Of a stretch of DNA of 57,920 bases, positions 31,582-41,517 are shown piece after piece. Position 1 is the stretch's first letter; each line of letters starts with the position of its first letter. The notes under the pieces were generated by a model. That model did no database searches and was not told where the DNA came from. It worked only from the letters and a program-made list of their open reading frames with translations. The DNA is from Patescibacteria group bacterium. Lineage in GTDB: Bacteria; Patescibacteriota; Minisyncoccia; Minisyncoccales; Staskawiczbacteraceae. The stretch is from the NCBI GenBank assembly GCA_018829965.1, contig JAHJTG010000013.1:1-57920 (forward strand), read 5' to 3'. The translations under genes and the position numbers were made by a program.

Positions 31582-32964
31582 ATGATTGGTAGCTTAATAA
31601 AATCTGTAAATAAAAATTCTACTAAATCTTATATCCTATGTTCTATATTCCTTTTTTTATCCCTATATTCTATATTCTATATCCTATATCCTAAAACTAT
31701 CTTCGCTTCAACAACTGACGGTACGATCAACGCTATTTATAAATACTCTTGGTCAGAAAATATGGGCTGGCTTAATTTTGGTACTAGCGGCGGAAATGTT
31801 CATATTACCGATACTGCTTTGACAGGTTATATTTGGAGCACGAATTATGGTTGGATTAATCTAAATCCCACAGAAGCCGGCGTGACAAATAATGGAGAAG
31901 GAACTCTTTCTGGTTATGCTTGGGGTGAGAATTGCGGTTGGATAAATTTCAATGGCGTTGCTATAAATTCTGATGGTGAGTTTGCTGGTTATTCTTCAGG
32001 GGTAATCAGTGGTGATATTAGTTTTGATTGCGCTAGTTGTATGGTGAAAACTGATTGGCGACCAAGAAGTTCAAGACCTGCTTGTAATAATGCTTTAGAC
32101 GATGATAGCGATGGAAAAGTTGATTATCCAGATGACCCAGGTTGTTCTTCTTTGGATGATACTGACGAAACAGACGCTGTTGTGCCACCATCTGGAGGGG
32201 GTGGCGGAGGTGGAGGATCAGCTATTATTACTCAGCAAGTAATATTTAGCGGTCGGGCTTATCCTTTAAGCAAAGTTACTATTTTAAAAGACGGACAAAC
32301 AGCAATAAATACTGTAGCTGGGCTTGATGCTACTTTTAATGTTTCTTTAGCAAACTTGTCTTCAGGTAGTTATACGTTTGGTGTTTTTAGCGAGGATAGC
32401 CAGGGGAGGCGTTCTACCCTGTTTACTTTTCCGGTAACAGTTACTTCAGGTGCTACCACAACTATTAGCGGTATTTTTCTTTCTCCAACTATAGATGTTG
32501 ATAAAATTGAAGTAAAGCGGGGAGATAATATTACTATCCTTGGGCAGAGTGTTCCTGTTAGTGAAATTACCATCGCCGTAAACTCAAACGAAGAATTATT
32601 TGCTAAAACTAAAGCTGATAAAGACGGAGTTTATTTATACAACTTTGATACTTCGCCGCTTGAGTTGGGTCAGCATAATACTAAATCTAAATCAACCCTT
32701 GATGGACTAATAACTTCCTATAGTTTAGCCGTTGATTTTAAGGTAGGCACAAAAAATATTGTTAAAGTCCCAACAAAGTGTCCGGTAAAGGCTGATTTAA
32801 ATAATGATTGTAAGATTAATTTAATAGATTTTTCCATCGCCGCTTATTGGTATAAAAGACCTTTAAGCGAAGCATTTTCAAAAATAGAAAAGGAAAAATT
32901 GAACGCTGATGGAAAAATTACATTAGTTGATTTTAGTATAATGGCTTATTATTGGACTGGATAA
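31582..32964 (+). CDS. Secreted protein with GW(I/L)NF repeats, a poly-Gly linker, an Ig-like region and a C-terminal dockerin-like module
   Basis: GWLNFG/GWINLN/GWINFN repeats, GGGGGGGG, and two EF-hand-like dockerin segments (DLNNDCKINLIDFSIAAYW, LNADGKITLVDFSIMAYYW). Confidence 0.6.
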   Translation: MIGSLIKSVNKNSTKSYILCSIFLFLSLYSIFYILYPKTIFASTTDGTINAIYKYSWSENMGWLNFGTSGGNVHITDTALTGYIWSTNYGWINLNPTEAGVTNNGEGTLSGYAWGENCGWINFNGVAINSDGEFAGYSSGVISGDISFDCASCMVKTDWRPRSSRPACNNALDDDSDGKVDYPDDPGCSSLDDTDETDAVVPPSGGGGGGGGSAIITQQVIFSGRAYPLSKVTILKDGQTAINTVAGLDATFNVSLANLSSGSYTFGVFSEDSQGRRSTLFTFPVTVTSGATTTISGIFLSPTIDVDKIEVKRGDNITILGQSVPVSEITIAVNSNEELFAKTKADKDGVYLYNFDTSPLELGQHNTKSKSTLDGLITSYSLAVDFKVGTKNIVKVPTKCPVKADLNNDCKINLIDFSIAAYWYKRPLSEAFSKIEKEKLNADGKITLVDFSIMAYYWTG

Positions 32965-32974
32965 ACAAAAGATT

Positions 32975-33880
32975 ATGAATAAATATTTAGCAATAATCAT
33001 TTTAATAATAGCGTTAGCGGGTTTTAATTTCTTTACGTCTTCAGCGGAAGCGGCTAATTTTTTTGTAGTTCCGCCAGTGTTGGCTACTGGGCAGGAGACC
33101 ACGATTATTTTGGGAATAAACACTGAAAATCAAAATATTAACGCTGTGGAGTTAAATCTTAAATTTTCAAACGATGATTTTCTTATTAAAAATATTAATG
33201 ACGGTAACTCAATCATTAATTTTTGGGTGGAAAGACCGAAGTTTTCCAATGAACAAGGGGAAGTTAGTTTTTCTGGTATTATTGCCGGCGGGTATTCCGA
33301 CAAAGACGGGGGATTGATAAAAATTGATTTAATAGCAAATAGAGAGGGAGAAAAAGAATTTTCCGTTCAAAACGCTAAAGTTTTATTAAATGACGGGCAG
33401 GGCACTGAAGCTAAGCTCACGGCAAATAGTTTGAAGCTTAGCGTCGTCGGCGCAGTTGAGCCGTCAATGGATACAAAGCCGTTAATAATTAAAGATAACG
33501 ATTCTCCAGAATCATTTCTGCCTCAGGTAGCCCAAGACCCGAATGTTTTTGACGGAAAATATTTTTTAGTATTTACTGCCCAAGATAAAAATTCCGGCAT
33601 AGACCATTATGAAATTAAAGAAAAGCGCGTATTTGAAATACTTGGTCTTAAGATAGGGGTTGCAAAATGGATTGAAGTAGAGAGTCCGTATATTCTAAAA
33701 GACCAAAAATTAAAAAGATATATTTATGTGAAAGCGATTGATAGAGCTGGCAATGAAAGAATTGAGACTTTATTGCCACAGACACCAGCGGTTTGGTACG
33801 AAAAATATTTGATTTGGAGTATACTGATAATAATAGTAATAATTGTTTTATATATTAGTAGAATTTTATGGAAAAGATAA
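32975..33880 (+). CDS. Cohesin-like domain surface protein (C-terminal TM anchor)
   Basis: The N-domain is paralogous to the next gene (SIINFWVERPKFSNEQGEVSFSGI vs SIINLWVQDPSFSNSAATINFEGI), with shared SGIDHYEI and AIDRAGN motifs. The cohesin call is tentative. Confidence 0.5.
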   Translation: MNKYLAIIILIIALAGFNFFTSSAEAANFFVVPPVLATGQETTIILGINTENQNINAVELNLKFSNDDFLIKNINDGNSIINFWVERPKFSNEQGEVSFSGIIAGGYSDKDGGLIKIDLIANREGEKEFSVQNAKVLLNDGQGTEAKLTANSLKLSVVGAVEPSMDTKPLIIKDNDSPESFLPQVAQDPNVFDGKYFLVFTAQDKNSGIDHYEIKEKRVFEILGLKIGVAKWIEVESPYILKDQKLKRYIYVKAIDRAGNERIETLLPQTPAVWYEKYLIWSILIIIVIIVLYISRILWKR

Positions 33881-35607
33881 ACTACAAAACAGACGCGAAA
33901 TTATACGTAAAACAGACGCGAAGTTTTTGTGCTGGTTTAGCGTTATTGTTTAGCGTCAGTTTAGCGTTGCCTCTCGGTTTAGCGTTGCCACTTGCCGTTC
34001 AAGCGGCAAGTTTGTATTTTTCTCCTTCCGCCGGTTCCTATGCGGTTGGCCAAAATTTTTCTGTAGGAGTCTATGTTTCCAGTTCTAACCAAGCGATGAA
34101 TGCGACTTCGGGCGTTATTTCTTTTCCTAAAGATAAGATAGGAATTACTTCTCTTTCTAAAACAGGTTCCATAATCAATTTATGGGTTCAAGATCCAAGC
34201 TTTTCAAACAGCGCTGCTACAATAAATTTTGAAGGCATTGTTTTAAATCCAGGGTTTACAGGTTCCAGCGGGAAAATTATCAGCATAAATTTTAAAGCAA
34301 AAGCAGCGGGCAACGCTTCTTTAAATTTTTCTTCTGGCTCTGTTTTAGCTAATGATGGCAGTGGTACGAATATCTTAAAGAATTTGAGTAGCGCCAAATT
34401 TGCCATAGGAATTCAAGGTCTGGAAGAATTAAAGGCGCCAAAAATTTATTCACCAACACATCCTGACCAAGGAAAATGGTACAGCAATGCTAATCCAAAA
34501 TTCACGTGGTCATTATCAGCCGATATAACTGCGATAAGAACGTTGTATAACAAAGACCCAGATTCTCAACCAACAATTTTTCTTTCTCCGGCGGTTTCTG
34601 AGCAAGAACTAAAAAATATTAAAGATGGCATCTGGTATTTTCATCTTCGACTCCGCGATGCTAGCGGATGGAGCGCAGCCTCTCGTTTTCGTTTCCAAAT
34701 TGATACCGGGAAGCCCAATTATTTTGATATAAAAGAAATAAAACGAGAAGATTTAACAGAGCCGAAAGTTAAATTTACTTTTGATTCAAGCGATGCAGTT
34801 TCAGGAATTGACCACTATGAGATTCAAATTGATAACGAAAATTTTCAAACTTGGTACGAAGGCGACTTTTATGAGACACCAGTCTTAAGCCCCGGTAAAC
34901 ATATTTTTATTGCTAAAGCCGTAGATAAAGCCGGAAACTTTTTAGCCAATTCAACAGAAATTTTTGTTCAAGCATTAGAATCGCCGAGAATTGTTGATTA
35001 CACTGAAAAATTAGTAGAAGGAGAAACATTTATTATTAAAGGTATAACTTATCCAAGAATAACCGTTAGAATGTTTTTGCAGGGAACAGATAACGGGAAA
35101 ATCATTGAGCAGGAAGTTAAAAGCAACGGAAAAGGGGATTTCTCTTTGATTTGGGAGAAAAAAATATCAAATGGTATTTATAAGTTTTGGCTGGAAGTTA
35201 TTGACGAAAGAGGCGCTAAAAGCGAACCAACAGATAAATTCAGTTTAATAATTGTTCTCCCGACCATTATAAAAATTTTAGGGATAGCTATAAACTATTT
35301 AGTTGTAATAATGACTTTATTTATTTTAATCGTTGGCGCTCTAATAATCATTCTTTATGTATGGTATCGCTTTAAAATTTGGCGGAAGAAAGTTAGAAAA
35401 GAAACTCAAGACATAGAAAAAACTTTACGCCAATCGTTTGATTTTCTTAGAGAAGAAATAGAAAAACAGGTAGCGAAATTAGATGGTAGGCCAGGTTTAA
35501 GCGAAAGAGAAAAAGAAATTTACGATGAGCTTAAAGAAGCATTAAAGATTTCCGAAGAAGCAATTAATAAAGAAGTAAAAGATATAAAAGATTTAACGGA
35601 GAAATAA
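33868..35607 (+). CDS. Cohesin-like domain surface protein, larger paralog (C-terminal TM anchor plus coiled coil)
   Basis: See the paralog. The signal peptide region is built from four GTTTAGCGT repeats. Confidence 0.5.
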   Translation: MEKINYKTDAKLYVKQTRSFCAGLALLFSVSLALPLGLALPLAVQAASLYFSPSAGSYAVGQNFSVGVYVSSSNQAMNATSGVISFPKDKIGITSLSKTGSIINLWVQDPSFSNSAATINFEGIVLNPGFTGSSGKIISINFKAKAAGNASLNFSSGSVLANDGSGTNILKNLSSAKFAIGIQGLEELKAPKIYSPTHPDQGKWYSNANPKFTWSLSADITAIRTLYNKDPDSQPTIFLSPAVSEQELKNIKDGIWYFHLRLRDASGWSAASRFRFQIDTGKPNYFDIKEIKREDLTEPKVKFTFDSSDAVSGIDHYEIQIDNENFQTWYEGDFYETPVLSPGKHIFIAKAVDKAGNFLANSTEIFVQALESPRIVDYTEKLVEGETFIIKGITYPRITVRMFLQGTDNGKIIEQEVKSNGKGDFSLIWEKKISNGIYKFWLEVIDERGAKSEPTDKFSLIIVLPTIIKILGIAINYLVVIMTLFILIVGALIIILYVWYRFKIWRKKVRKETQDIEKTLRQSFDFLREEIEKQVAKLDGRPGLSEREKEIYDELKEALKISEEAINKEVKDIKDLTEK

Positions 35608-35744
35608 TACTCAGCAATAGCGCTCGGCAACAAGTTTGAAAGTACCGATAGTCAAAATTCCCAGTGCCGATTGTATAACAATCGAGCATCCTCGATTTCT
35701 TTCAGAAATCGGGACGAGGTTTTGCTATCTAAATTCTCGCGACT

Positions 35745-35821
35745 CCGCAACACTGACTCCGCAACACCGGGTGTTGAACACATTGAACACAATGTCCGGG
35801 TGTGGAACACCGGGTGTTCCA
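35745..35821 (-). repeat. REP-like cluster, inverted orientation (AACACCGGGTGTT)
   Basis: GCAACACCGGGTGTTGA at 35761, TGGAACACCGGGTGTTCCA at 35803, with degenerate copies between them. Confidence 0.85.
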
Positions 35822-35825
35822 CTAT

Positions 35826-35862
35826 AAAAAAATAGCCCAGTAAGGTATAACCTTAAAGGGCT
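35826..35862 (-). terminator. Rho-independent terminator (minus strand)
   Basis: On the minus strand: GCCC..TAAGGT-TAT-ACCTTA..GGGC followed by TATTTTTTT. Confidence 0.55.
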
Positions 35863-35888
35863 TTGAGAGAAATTACTGGTTAATGTTC

Positions 35889-36077
35889 CTACGTGGAAAC
35901 TTTTTGCCAGGTACAAGCACTGTGTGAAATTCGCTCATACACTACCTTGATTCTCTTGGTTTTGGAGACTTGAAGCCAACCAATATTGTACTCAATTTTT
36001 TCTGCTAAGATATTCCCGGTAGAAGATGAGTACGCTTCTCCTACCACTGACTTTTCTTTGTTGTTTTCAATGGTCAT
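35889..36077 (-). CDS. Hypothetical 62-aa protein
   Basis: AAGGAG Shine-Dalgarno 5 nt upstream of the ATG, and its own terminator. Confidence 0.5.
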   Translation of the reverse strand: MTIENNKEKSVVGEAYSSSTGNILAEKIEYNIGWLQVSKTKRIKVVYERISHSACTWQKVST

Positions 36078-36130
36078 GTGAGCTCCTTTTTGATAGAGTT
36101 GCGTTAGTTTTTTTCATCTTGCGTCAGCAC

Positions 36131-36163
36131 CGCAAAACAAAACGAGCTCTTTCAAGAGCTCGT
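36131..36163 (-). terminator. Rho-independent terminator (minus strand, downstream of rpmB)
   Basis: ACGAGCTCT-TGAA-AGAGCTCGT followed by TTTGTTTTG on the minus strand. Confidence 0.65.
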
Positions 36164-36362
36164 CATTATAATATAATAAAAAGAAAAATTAAATAGCAAT
36201 AACCAGCCCTTGAATCAAAGGTTGGTTATGATGATTAATCAAATTTTTTACCTGATTTTTCATACAATTTAACAATACTATTTAATTAGATAATTGTCAA
36301 ATATTTTTACCTGCCTAAATTTTAAAGTTTCGGGTTGCTGGGATTTGTACCCAGGTACTCCA

Positions 36363-36393
36363 CAACACCGGGTGTTGAACACACGGGTGTTGG
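36363..36393 (-). repeat. REP-like pair, inverted orientation
   Basis: CAACACCGGGTGTTG plus degenerate AACACACGGGTGTTGG. Confidence 0.8.
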
Positions 36394-36400
36394 ATACACC

Positions 36401-36465
36401 CTAGAAAAATCCCAAGTCCCAAATTCTATTTTCTATTTTCTATATTCTAAATTCTAAATTCTATC
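36401..36465. repeat. Family-B-like AT-rich tract abutting the rpmB stop
   Basis: CCCAAGTCCCAAATTCTATTTTCTATTTTCTATATTCTAAATTCTAAATTCTATC. Confidence 0.5.
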
Positions 36466-36690
36466 TTACTTCGTTTTCGAGAAGGCCTTGATGCATTTAG
36501 CGCAAGCTAAAACTCTTTTTCCATATAATGGCTTCGCTGCTTTTGGAGATTTTGCTCCGATAGGCACTATAGTCCATTGCAAGTTAGGATATTTTCTGTA
36601 TTTTCTGGTAGGATTATATTTACCTCTAAGTTTTTTTAACTTCCAATTTACAGTAGAAGTTTTTCCGCAGATTGAACAAATTTTGCTCAT
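36466..36690 (-). CDS. rpmB: 50S ribosomal protein L28
   Basis: MSKICSICGK...NLQW pattern, 74 aa. Confidence 0.85.
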   Translation of the reverse strand: MSKICSICGKTSTVNWKLKKLRGKYNPTRKYRKYPNLQWTIVPIGAKSPKAAKPLYGKRVLACAKCIKAFSKTK

Positions 36691-36840
36691 TTTCTTGAAA
36701 CTTGTAACTTATAACTCATAGCTTATAGCTTAAAGCTCATAGCTTATGTTTTAGGTTTTAAGCTTCATGTTTTATGAATTGATAACTTTTTTATATTATC
36801 CTAACTTTCAATTTTTTACAATATCCGCTATAATCATAAT

Positions 36841-37467
36841 ATGATCGCCCTAACTATTTTCGCATTAATTATACTACTTTTTTCAGTTATTATCCATGAA
36901 ATTGCTCATGGATTTATTGCTTTATTGCTAGGGGATACTACCGCAAAAAGAGAAGGAAGGTTAACTTTAAATCCTATAAAGCACCTTGACCCTATTGGTT
37001 CTATCGCCGTTCCTTTACTTTTACTTTTAGTAAACAGCGGAATTATTTTTGGATGGGCAAAACCCGTTCCAGTAAACCCTTATAATTTTAAAGACCAGAA
37101 ATATGGACAGGCGAAAGTGGCTTTGGCAGGTCCCGCAGTTAATTTTTTAATCGCCATAATTTTTGGAATTATTATAAGATTTATTCCCGAACAAGCAAAT
37201 CTTTTTTATCAGAATTTAATAACTACTTTCGGATTTATAGTCTGGATAAATCTTCTTTTAGGGATATTTAATCTTATACCAATTCCACCATTAGATGGGT
37301 CGCACATCCTTTTTACCTTTTTACCCGACTCTTCTCAAAAAATAAAAATCTTCTTTAGCAGATACGGCCTTTTCTTCCTGCTCTTTTTTATTTTTTATCT
37401 TTTCCCTTTGATTATTCCAATAATTAGTTTCCTTTTTAAATTAATCACAGGGATATCCTTTTATTAA
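36841..37467 (+). CDS. Site-2 protease family (M50) zinc metalloprotease
   Basis: HEIAHG motif in TM1, LIPIPPLDGSHIL. A TATAAT ends 6 nt before the ATG, so the mRNA may be leaderless. Confidence 0.75.
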   Translation: MIALTIFALIILLFSVIIHEIAHGFIALLLGDTTAKREGRLTLNPIKHLDPIGSIAVPLLLLLVNSGIIFGWAKPVPVNPYNFKDQKYGQAKVALAGPAVNFLIAIIFGIIIRFIPEQANLFYQNLITTFGFIVWINLLLGIFNLIPIPPLDGSHILFTFLPDSSQKIKIFFSRYGLFFLLFFIFYLFPLIIPIISFLFKLITGISFY

Positions 37468-37522
37468 AATTTACAAAATTTACAAAGTTGACAATCTAAA
37501 ATCTGTTTGCTAATCTATGTTA

Positions 37523-37546
37523 TAAGCGCTCTGCGCTTTATTTTTA
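37523..37546 (+). terminator. Rho-independent terminator
   Basis: AAGCGC-TCT-GCGCTT followed by TATTTTT. Confidence 0.55.
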
Positions 37547-37661
37547 AAACCAAAACTCAAAAATCAAATACCAAAACCACAAACCAAAAATAAAAAGATA
37601 AAAAGTTTAAAGGTCTTTAATCTGTATTTTTGATTTTTGATATTTGGTCTTTGGTTTAATT
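37546..37661. repeat. Family-B-like palindromic element (CCAAAA/TTTTGG variant) upstream of rpsL
   Basis: AAAACCAAAACTCAAAAATCAAATACCAAAACC...GTATTTTTGATTTTTGATATTTGGTCTTTGGTTT. It ends 3 nt before ATG 37665. Confidence 0.65.
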
Positions 37662-37664
37662 CAA

Positions 37665-38075
37665 ATGCCGACAATTCATCAACTTATTAAAAAGGGAAGA
37701 AAGCAACAAAAAAAGCGCACAAAAATGGTGGCGCTTGAATTTGGTTTCAACGTTTTAAAAAATAGACCAACGACATACCCTTCACCATTTAAAAGAGGAG
37801 TTTGTGTTAAGGTTTTTACTACTACTCCAAAAAAACCAAATTCTGCTTTAAGAAAAGTTGCGAGAGTTAAACTCTCAAATGGCATGGAAGTCTCTGCCCA
37901 TATTCCAGGAGAAGGTCATAATTTACAAGAACATTCGGTAGTTATAATTCGTGGAGGCAGAGTTAAAGATTTACCAGGGGTAAGATACCATATTGTTAGA
38001 GGAATTTTAGATACAGCGGGCGTGGAGGGGAGGAAACAGGAAAGAAGTAAATATGGCGCTAAAAAACAAAAATAA
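37665..38075 (+). CDS. rpsL: 30S ribosomal protein S12
   Basis: [14 protein letters not shown] and [13 protein letters not shown]. Start moved to MPTIHQL (ATG 37665). Confidence 0.95.
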   Translation: MPTIHQLIKKGRKQQKKRTKMVALEFGFNVLKNRPTTYPSPFKRGVCVKVFTTTPKKPNSALRKVARVKLSNGMEVSAHIPGEGHNLQEHSVVIIRGGRVKDLPGVRYHIVRGILDTAGVEGRKQERSKYGAKKQK

Positions 38076-38078
38076 ACT

Positions 38079-38172
38079 ATCAGCGTAAATCCGCTATCAT
38101 CGGCGTAATCAAAAAAGGTATTTCAATACACAGAAAAGATTACCGCTGATTAATAGCTGATTGTCACAGATA
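38079..38172 (+). repeat. Intergenic palindromic element family A, copy 1
   Basis: ATCAGCGTAAATCCGCTATCATCGGCGTAATC...GATTACCGCTGATTAATAGCTGATTGTCACAGATA fills the rpsL-rpsG spacer. Confidence 0.85.
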
Positions 38173-38177
38173 AAAAA

Positions 38178-38648
38178 ATGGCAAGAAAGTTCAAAAAACA
38201 TACAATTGAACCAGACAGACTATATAATGATGTTGTTATTGCTCGATTTATAAATAAAATTATGGAAATGGGCAAGAAAACAGTTGCCCAGAAAATTGTT
38301 TATGGCGCTCTTGATATTATAAAAGAAAAAACAAAAAAAGATCCTTTAGAAGTTTTTAGACAGGCGATTGATAATGCTTCGCCGGTTTTAGAGGTAAAAC
38401 CAAAAAGAATAGGTGGCGCAACATATCAGGTTCCAATGGAAGTAAAAGGAGAAAGAAGATTGGCATTGGCCATAAGATGGATACTTATTGGAGCAAGGGC
38501 TAAAAAAGGGAAACCAATGGCAGAAAAGTTAAGTCAAGAATTGATTGATGCTGCTAACGATACTGGGTCCGCGATTAAAAAGAAAAATGATACACATCGT
38601 ATGGCCGAAGCGAATAAGGCATTTGCTCATTTTGCGAGAAAGAGATAA
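38178..38648 (+). CDS. rpsG: 30S ribosomal protein S7
   Basis: [17 protein letters not shown]... Confidence 0.95.
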   Translation: MARKFKKHTIEPDRLYNDVVIARFINKIMEMGKKTVAQKIVYGALDIIKEKTKKDPLEVFRQAIDNASPVLEVKPKRIGGATYQVPMEVKGERRLALAIRWILIGARAKKGKPMAEKLSQELIDAANDTGSAIKKKNDTHRMAEANKAFAHFARKR

Positions 38649-38786
38649 TCGCTCGGTAGTAGCCATAAAAGTGGCGATAATCCAAACCCCTTACTCCGCA
38701 ACACCCGGTGTTGCGGACGTCAATCGGAGAAACCATGCAAAATCGCCTGCGAGAGGCACTTTTATAACTACCACCTCGCTTAACAG
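38647..38786 (+). repeat. Element with CGCTCGG...CCTCGCTTAACAG termini carrying a nested REP copy
   Basis: Left end AATCGCTCGGTAGTAG, right end CTACCACCTCGCTTAACAG, and inside them CCGCAACACCCGGTGTTGCGG (38696-38716). Confidence 0.65.
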
Positions 38787-38836
38787 TTTAAAAGTTAAAT
38801 CATTAAAAATTTATTAGAAATTAAAAATTCGTTATT

Positions 38837-40912
38837 ATGCCTAGGCTTTCCCCAATAGAAAGAAATAGAAATATCGGAGTTATAGCTCACATTGATGCTG
38901 GTAAAACTACGGTTTCCGAGCGTCTGATTTTTTATACAGGCGCTTCTCATAAAATAGGCGAAGTGCATGAAGGAGAAGCAGTTATGGATTGGATGGCTCA
39001 AGAGAGAGAAAGAGGTATTACTATTACCTCCGCCGCAATCACTTTATCTTGGAAAAATCATCAAATAAATTTAATTGATACTCCGGGTCATATTGACTTT
39101 ACAGCAGAGGTTCAGCGATCTTTGCGTGTTTTAGATGGCGCAGTTGTCGTATTTGATGGTGTGGCCGGAGTAGAGCCTCAATCGGAGACAGTCTGGAGAC
39201 AAGCTGACCGTTATGGCACTCCAAGGATTTGTTTTATAAATAAACTTGATAGAATGGGCGCTAATTTTGAGGCTGACATTCAATCAATACATGATAAGCT
39301 CACTTTAAATGCAGTTCCTGTTCAGATACCAATGGGCGTGGAGGAAAAACTTCAAGGAGTGGTTGATTTGTTTAATATGAAGGCCCTTTATTTTGAGGGT
39401 GAGATGGGAGAAAAAATTGTAGAAAAAGATATTCCGGAAGAGTTTAAAGAAATGGCAGAAACCTATCGCCAAAAAATGGTAGAGAAAATTGCCGCTGAAG
39501 ATGAAGCGTTATTAGAAAAGTTTTATGCAAAAAAAGAAATTACTGTTCCAGAATTAAAAACAGTTTTAAGAAAATCATGTTTGGCTTATAAGCTAGTCCC
39601 TATATTTTGTGGTTCTGCTTTAAAAAACAAAGGAGTTCAACCAGTTCTTGATGCAATTGTTGAATATCTGCCTTCGCCGATAGATTTGCCGCCAGTGCAG
39701 GGGATTGATACTAAAACAGGCCAAACAATTGAAAGAAAGCCAGATGATAAAGAGCCTTTTTCAGCTTTAGTGTTTAAGGTTGCAACTGATCCTTATGTCG
39801 GGACATTAACTTACTTTAGAATTTACTCAGGTACTTTAAATAAAGGTTCTTATGTTTTAAATTCAATCACTGGAGAACAAGAAAGAATTAGTAGAATTAT
39901 AAGAATGCATTCAAATACAAGAGCAGAATTAGATTCTTTATGCGCTGGTGAAATTGGAGCTACTGTTGGTTTGAAAAATACAGTTACTGGTAATACTCTT
40001 TGTGATATAGCCAGCCCGATTATTTTAGAAAAAATAGTGTTTCCAGAACCTGTTATCTCAATGAGGGTTGAGCCAAAAACAAAAGCAGATCAAGAAAAAT
40101 TGATTGCTTCTTTGAGAAAATTAACCACCGAAGATCCGACCTTTAGAATAAAAGAAGACCAGGAAACAGGAGAAACAATTATTTCCGGCATGGGAGAGTT
40201 GCATTTAGATATTATTGCCGATAGATTAAGAAGAGAGTTTAATGTAGATGCTAATTATGGCAGACCGCAAGTAGCCTATAAAGAAACTATTTTAGGAGAA
40301 GCTGAAGCTGAGGGAAAATATATAAGGCAGTCAGGCGGCAAGGGTCAGTATGGTCATGTTTGGTTGAGAGTTAAACCAAAAGAAAGAGGAGCCGGATATG
40401 AATTTATAGATGAAATTAAAGGAGGAGCTATTCCAAAAGAATTTATTGCACCAACCCAGAAAGGCATTAAAGAGGCTATGGATAAAGGTATTTTGGCGGG
40501 TTATCCTGTTGTTGATGTTGAGGTTACTCTTTTTGATGGTAGTTTTCACGAAGTTGATTCTTCAGAATTTGCTTTTAAAATCGCAGGTTCTATGGCTTTT
40601 CAAGCAGCTGCAAAGCGAGCCAAAACTATTATATTGGAACCTATTATGAAAACCGAAGTTATTACTCCGCCGGATTTCTTTGGTCAGGTTATTTCTGATT
40701 TAAATTCAAGGCGCGGCAAAATTGAAGAAACAAAAGAAAGAGTTGGCGTAAAAGTAATTGATGCCCTAGTCCCACTTTCTGAAATGTTTGGTTATGCCAC
40801 AAGTATCCGTTCTTTAACTGAAGGCAGGGCATCGTTTACAATGCAATTTGACAGGTATGATAGAGTCCCTGAGAATGTGGCTAAAGAGATTATTGAGGGG
40901 AAGAGGAAATAG
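38837..40912 (+). CDS. fusA: Elongation factor G
   Basis: AHIDAGKTT and DTPGHIDF G-domain motifs, 691 aa. Confidence 0.97.
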   Translation: MPRLSPIERNRNIGVIAHIDAGKTTVSERLIFYTGASHKIGEVHEGEAVMDWMAQERERGITITSAAITLSWKNHQINLIDTPGHIDFTAEVQRSLRVLDGAVVVFDGVAGVEPQSETVWRQADRYGTPRICFINKLDRMGANFEADIQSIHDKLTLNAVPVQIPMGVEEKLQGVVDLFNMKALYFEGEMGEKIVEKDIPEEFKEMAETYRQKMVEKIAAEDEALLEKFYAKKEITVPELKTVLRKSCLAYKLVPIFCGSALKNKGVQPVLDAIVEYLPSPIDLPPVQGIDTKTGQTIERKPDDKEPFSALVFKVATDPYVGTLTYFRIYSGTLNKGSYVLNSITGEQERISRIIRMHSNTRAELDSLCAGEIGATVGLKNTVTGNTLCDIASPIILEKIVFPEPVISMRVEPKTKADQEKLIASLRKLTTEDPTFRIKEDQETGETIISGMGELHLDIIADRLRREFNVDANYGRPQVAYKETILGEAEAEGKYIRQSGGKGQYGHVWLRVKPKERGAGYEFIDEIKGGAIPKEFIAPTQKGIKEAMDKGILAGYPVVDVEVTLFDGSFHEVDSSEFAFKIAGSMAFQAAAKRAKTIILEPIMKTEVITPPDFFGQVISDLNSRRGKIEETKERVGVKVIDALVPLSEMFGYATSIRSLTEGRASFTMQFDRYDRVPENVAKEIIEGKRK

Positions 40913-41133
40913 CGCTCGGCAATAATATATGCGGGAGCACGGCGTCGGCTTAAGCAAAAACAGATTTATTCTCCCGCCGCGCCTATTTCTCGCCAAGCAC
41001 GTAGACAATATTATTCCGAGCCCTCATTAACAGCTTGTCTCCGAAGTGCTCCCGTATACATTATTGCCTCGCTCAACAGATTGGGAATTGAGCCTGCGAA
41101 ATTTACTTTTAAACTTATCGTCTCGCTTAACAG
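40912..41133 (+). repeat. Nested/tandem array of CGCTCGG...CCTC(G/A)YT(C/T)AACAG elements
   Basis: CGCTCGGCAATAATATATGCGGGAGCAC (40913-40940) pairs with GTGCTCCCGTATACATTATTGCCTCGCTC (41046-41074). Three right-end motifs lie at ~41023, 41067 and 41120. Confidence 0.65.
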
Positions 41134-41154
41134 TAATAAATGAGAATCTAGAAA

Positions 41155-41230
41155 ATATGAACTTCGTTCATATAATTACGTCGCTCGGTCGGAATGAAAA
41201 TAAATTTTCACTCCTCCTTCGTTAGTAATT
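41155..41230 (+). repeat. Leader cassette family F, copy 5 (orphan, no downstream plus-strand gene)
   Basis: ATATGAAC-TTC-GTTCATAT, then AATTACGTCGCTCGGTCGGAATGAAAAT-AA-ATTTTCACTCCTCCTTCGTTAGTAATT. Confidence 0.75.
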
Positions 41231-41259
41231 ATAGAAAGTAGAAAATAGAATTTTGAAAA

Positions 41260-41296
41260 TAAAAAAACGCCAAGCTCCGATTAAGGAATTTGGCGT
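41260..41296 (-). terminator. Rho-independent terminator (minus strand)
   Basis: On the minus strand: ACGCCAA-loop-TTGGCGT followed by TTTTTTT. Confidence 0.6.
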
Positions 41297-41343
41297 ATAC
41301 TACGAGTGGTTGGCCATTGGCGTGAATCGTAGAGCTATGTCGG

Positions 41344-41517
41344 CTACGGTTCGGGAATTTCCCGTTCCAATAATAGGTTGCTAAGATCGCTAAAAATAGA
41401 AGAAGGAACCAATCTCCATCCATTTTCCCCTTCTTCATTAAGCGTTTTAATCACTTCAAATAAACATTTTAAGCCGGTAGGTATTTTAACAATTTTGTAT
41501 TCGTACTTCTTTCCCAT
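41344..41517 (-). CDS. 57-aa DUF4177-like protein
   Basis: MGKKYEYKIVKIPTGLK...LNEEGENGWRLV pattern, in a different frame from track ORF 41229-41438. Below the 60-aa track cutoff. Confidence 0.55.
   Translation of the reverse strand: MGKKYEYKIVKIPTGLKCLFEVIKTLNEEGENGWRLVPSSIFSDLSNLLLEREIPEP

Noticed and set aside
36829-36841. Leaderless mRNA for the M50 protease (TATAAT ending 6 nt before the ATG).
   Set aside because: Only the -10 hexamer is convincing and the -35 is poor. In AT-rich DNA TATAAT occurs by chance, so this is noted in the feature evidence but not promoted to a finding.
41229-41438. 69-aa minus-strand ORF.
   Set aside because: A different minus-strand frame (41344-41517) gives a DUF4177-like protein (KYEYKIVKI...GWRLV) with a terminator. 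The track ORF extends through that terminator.
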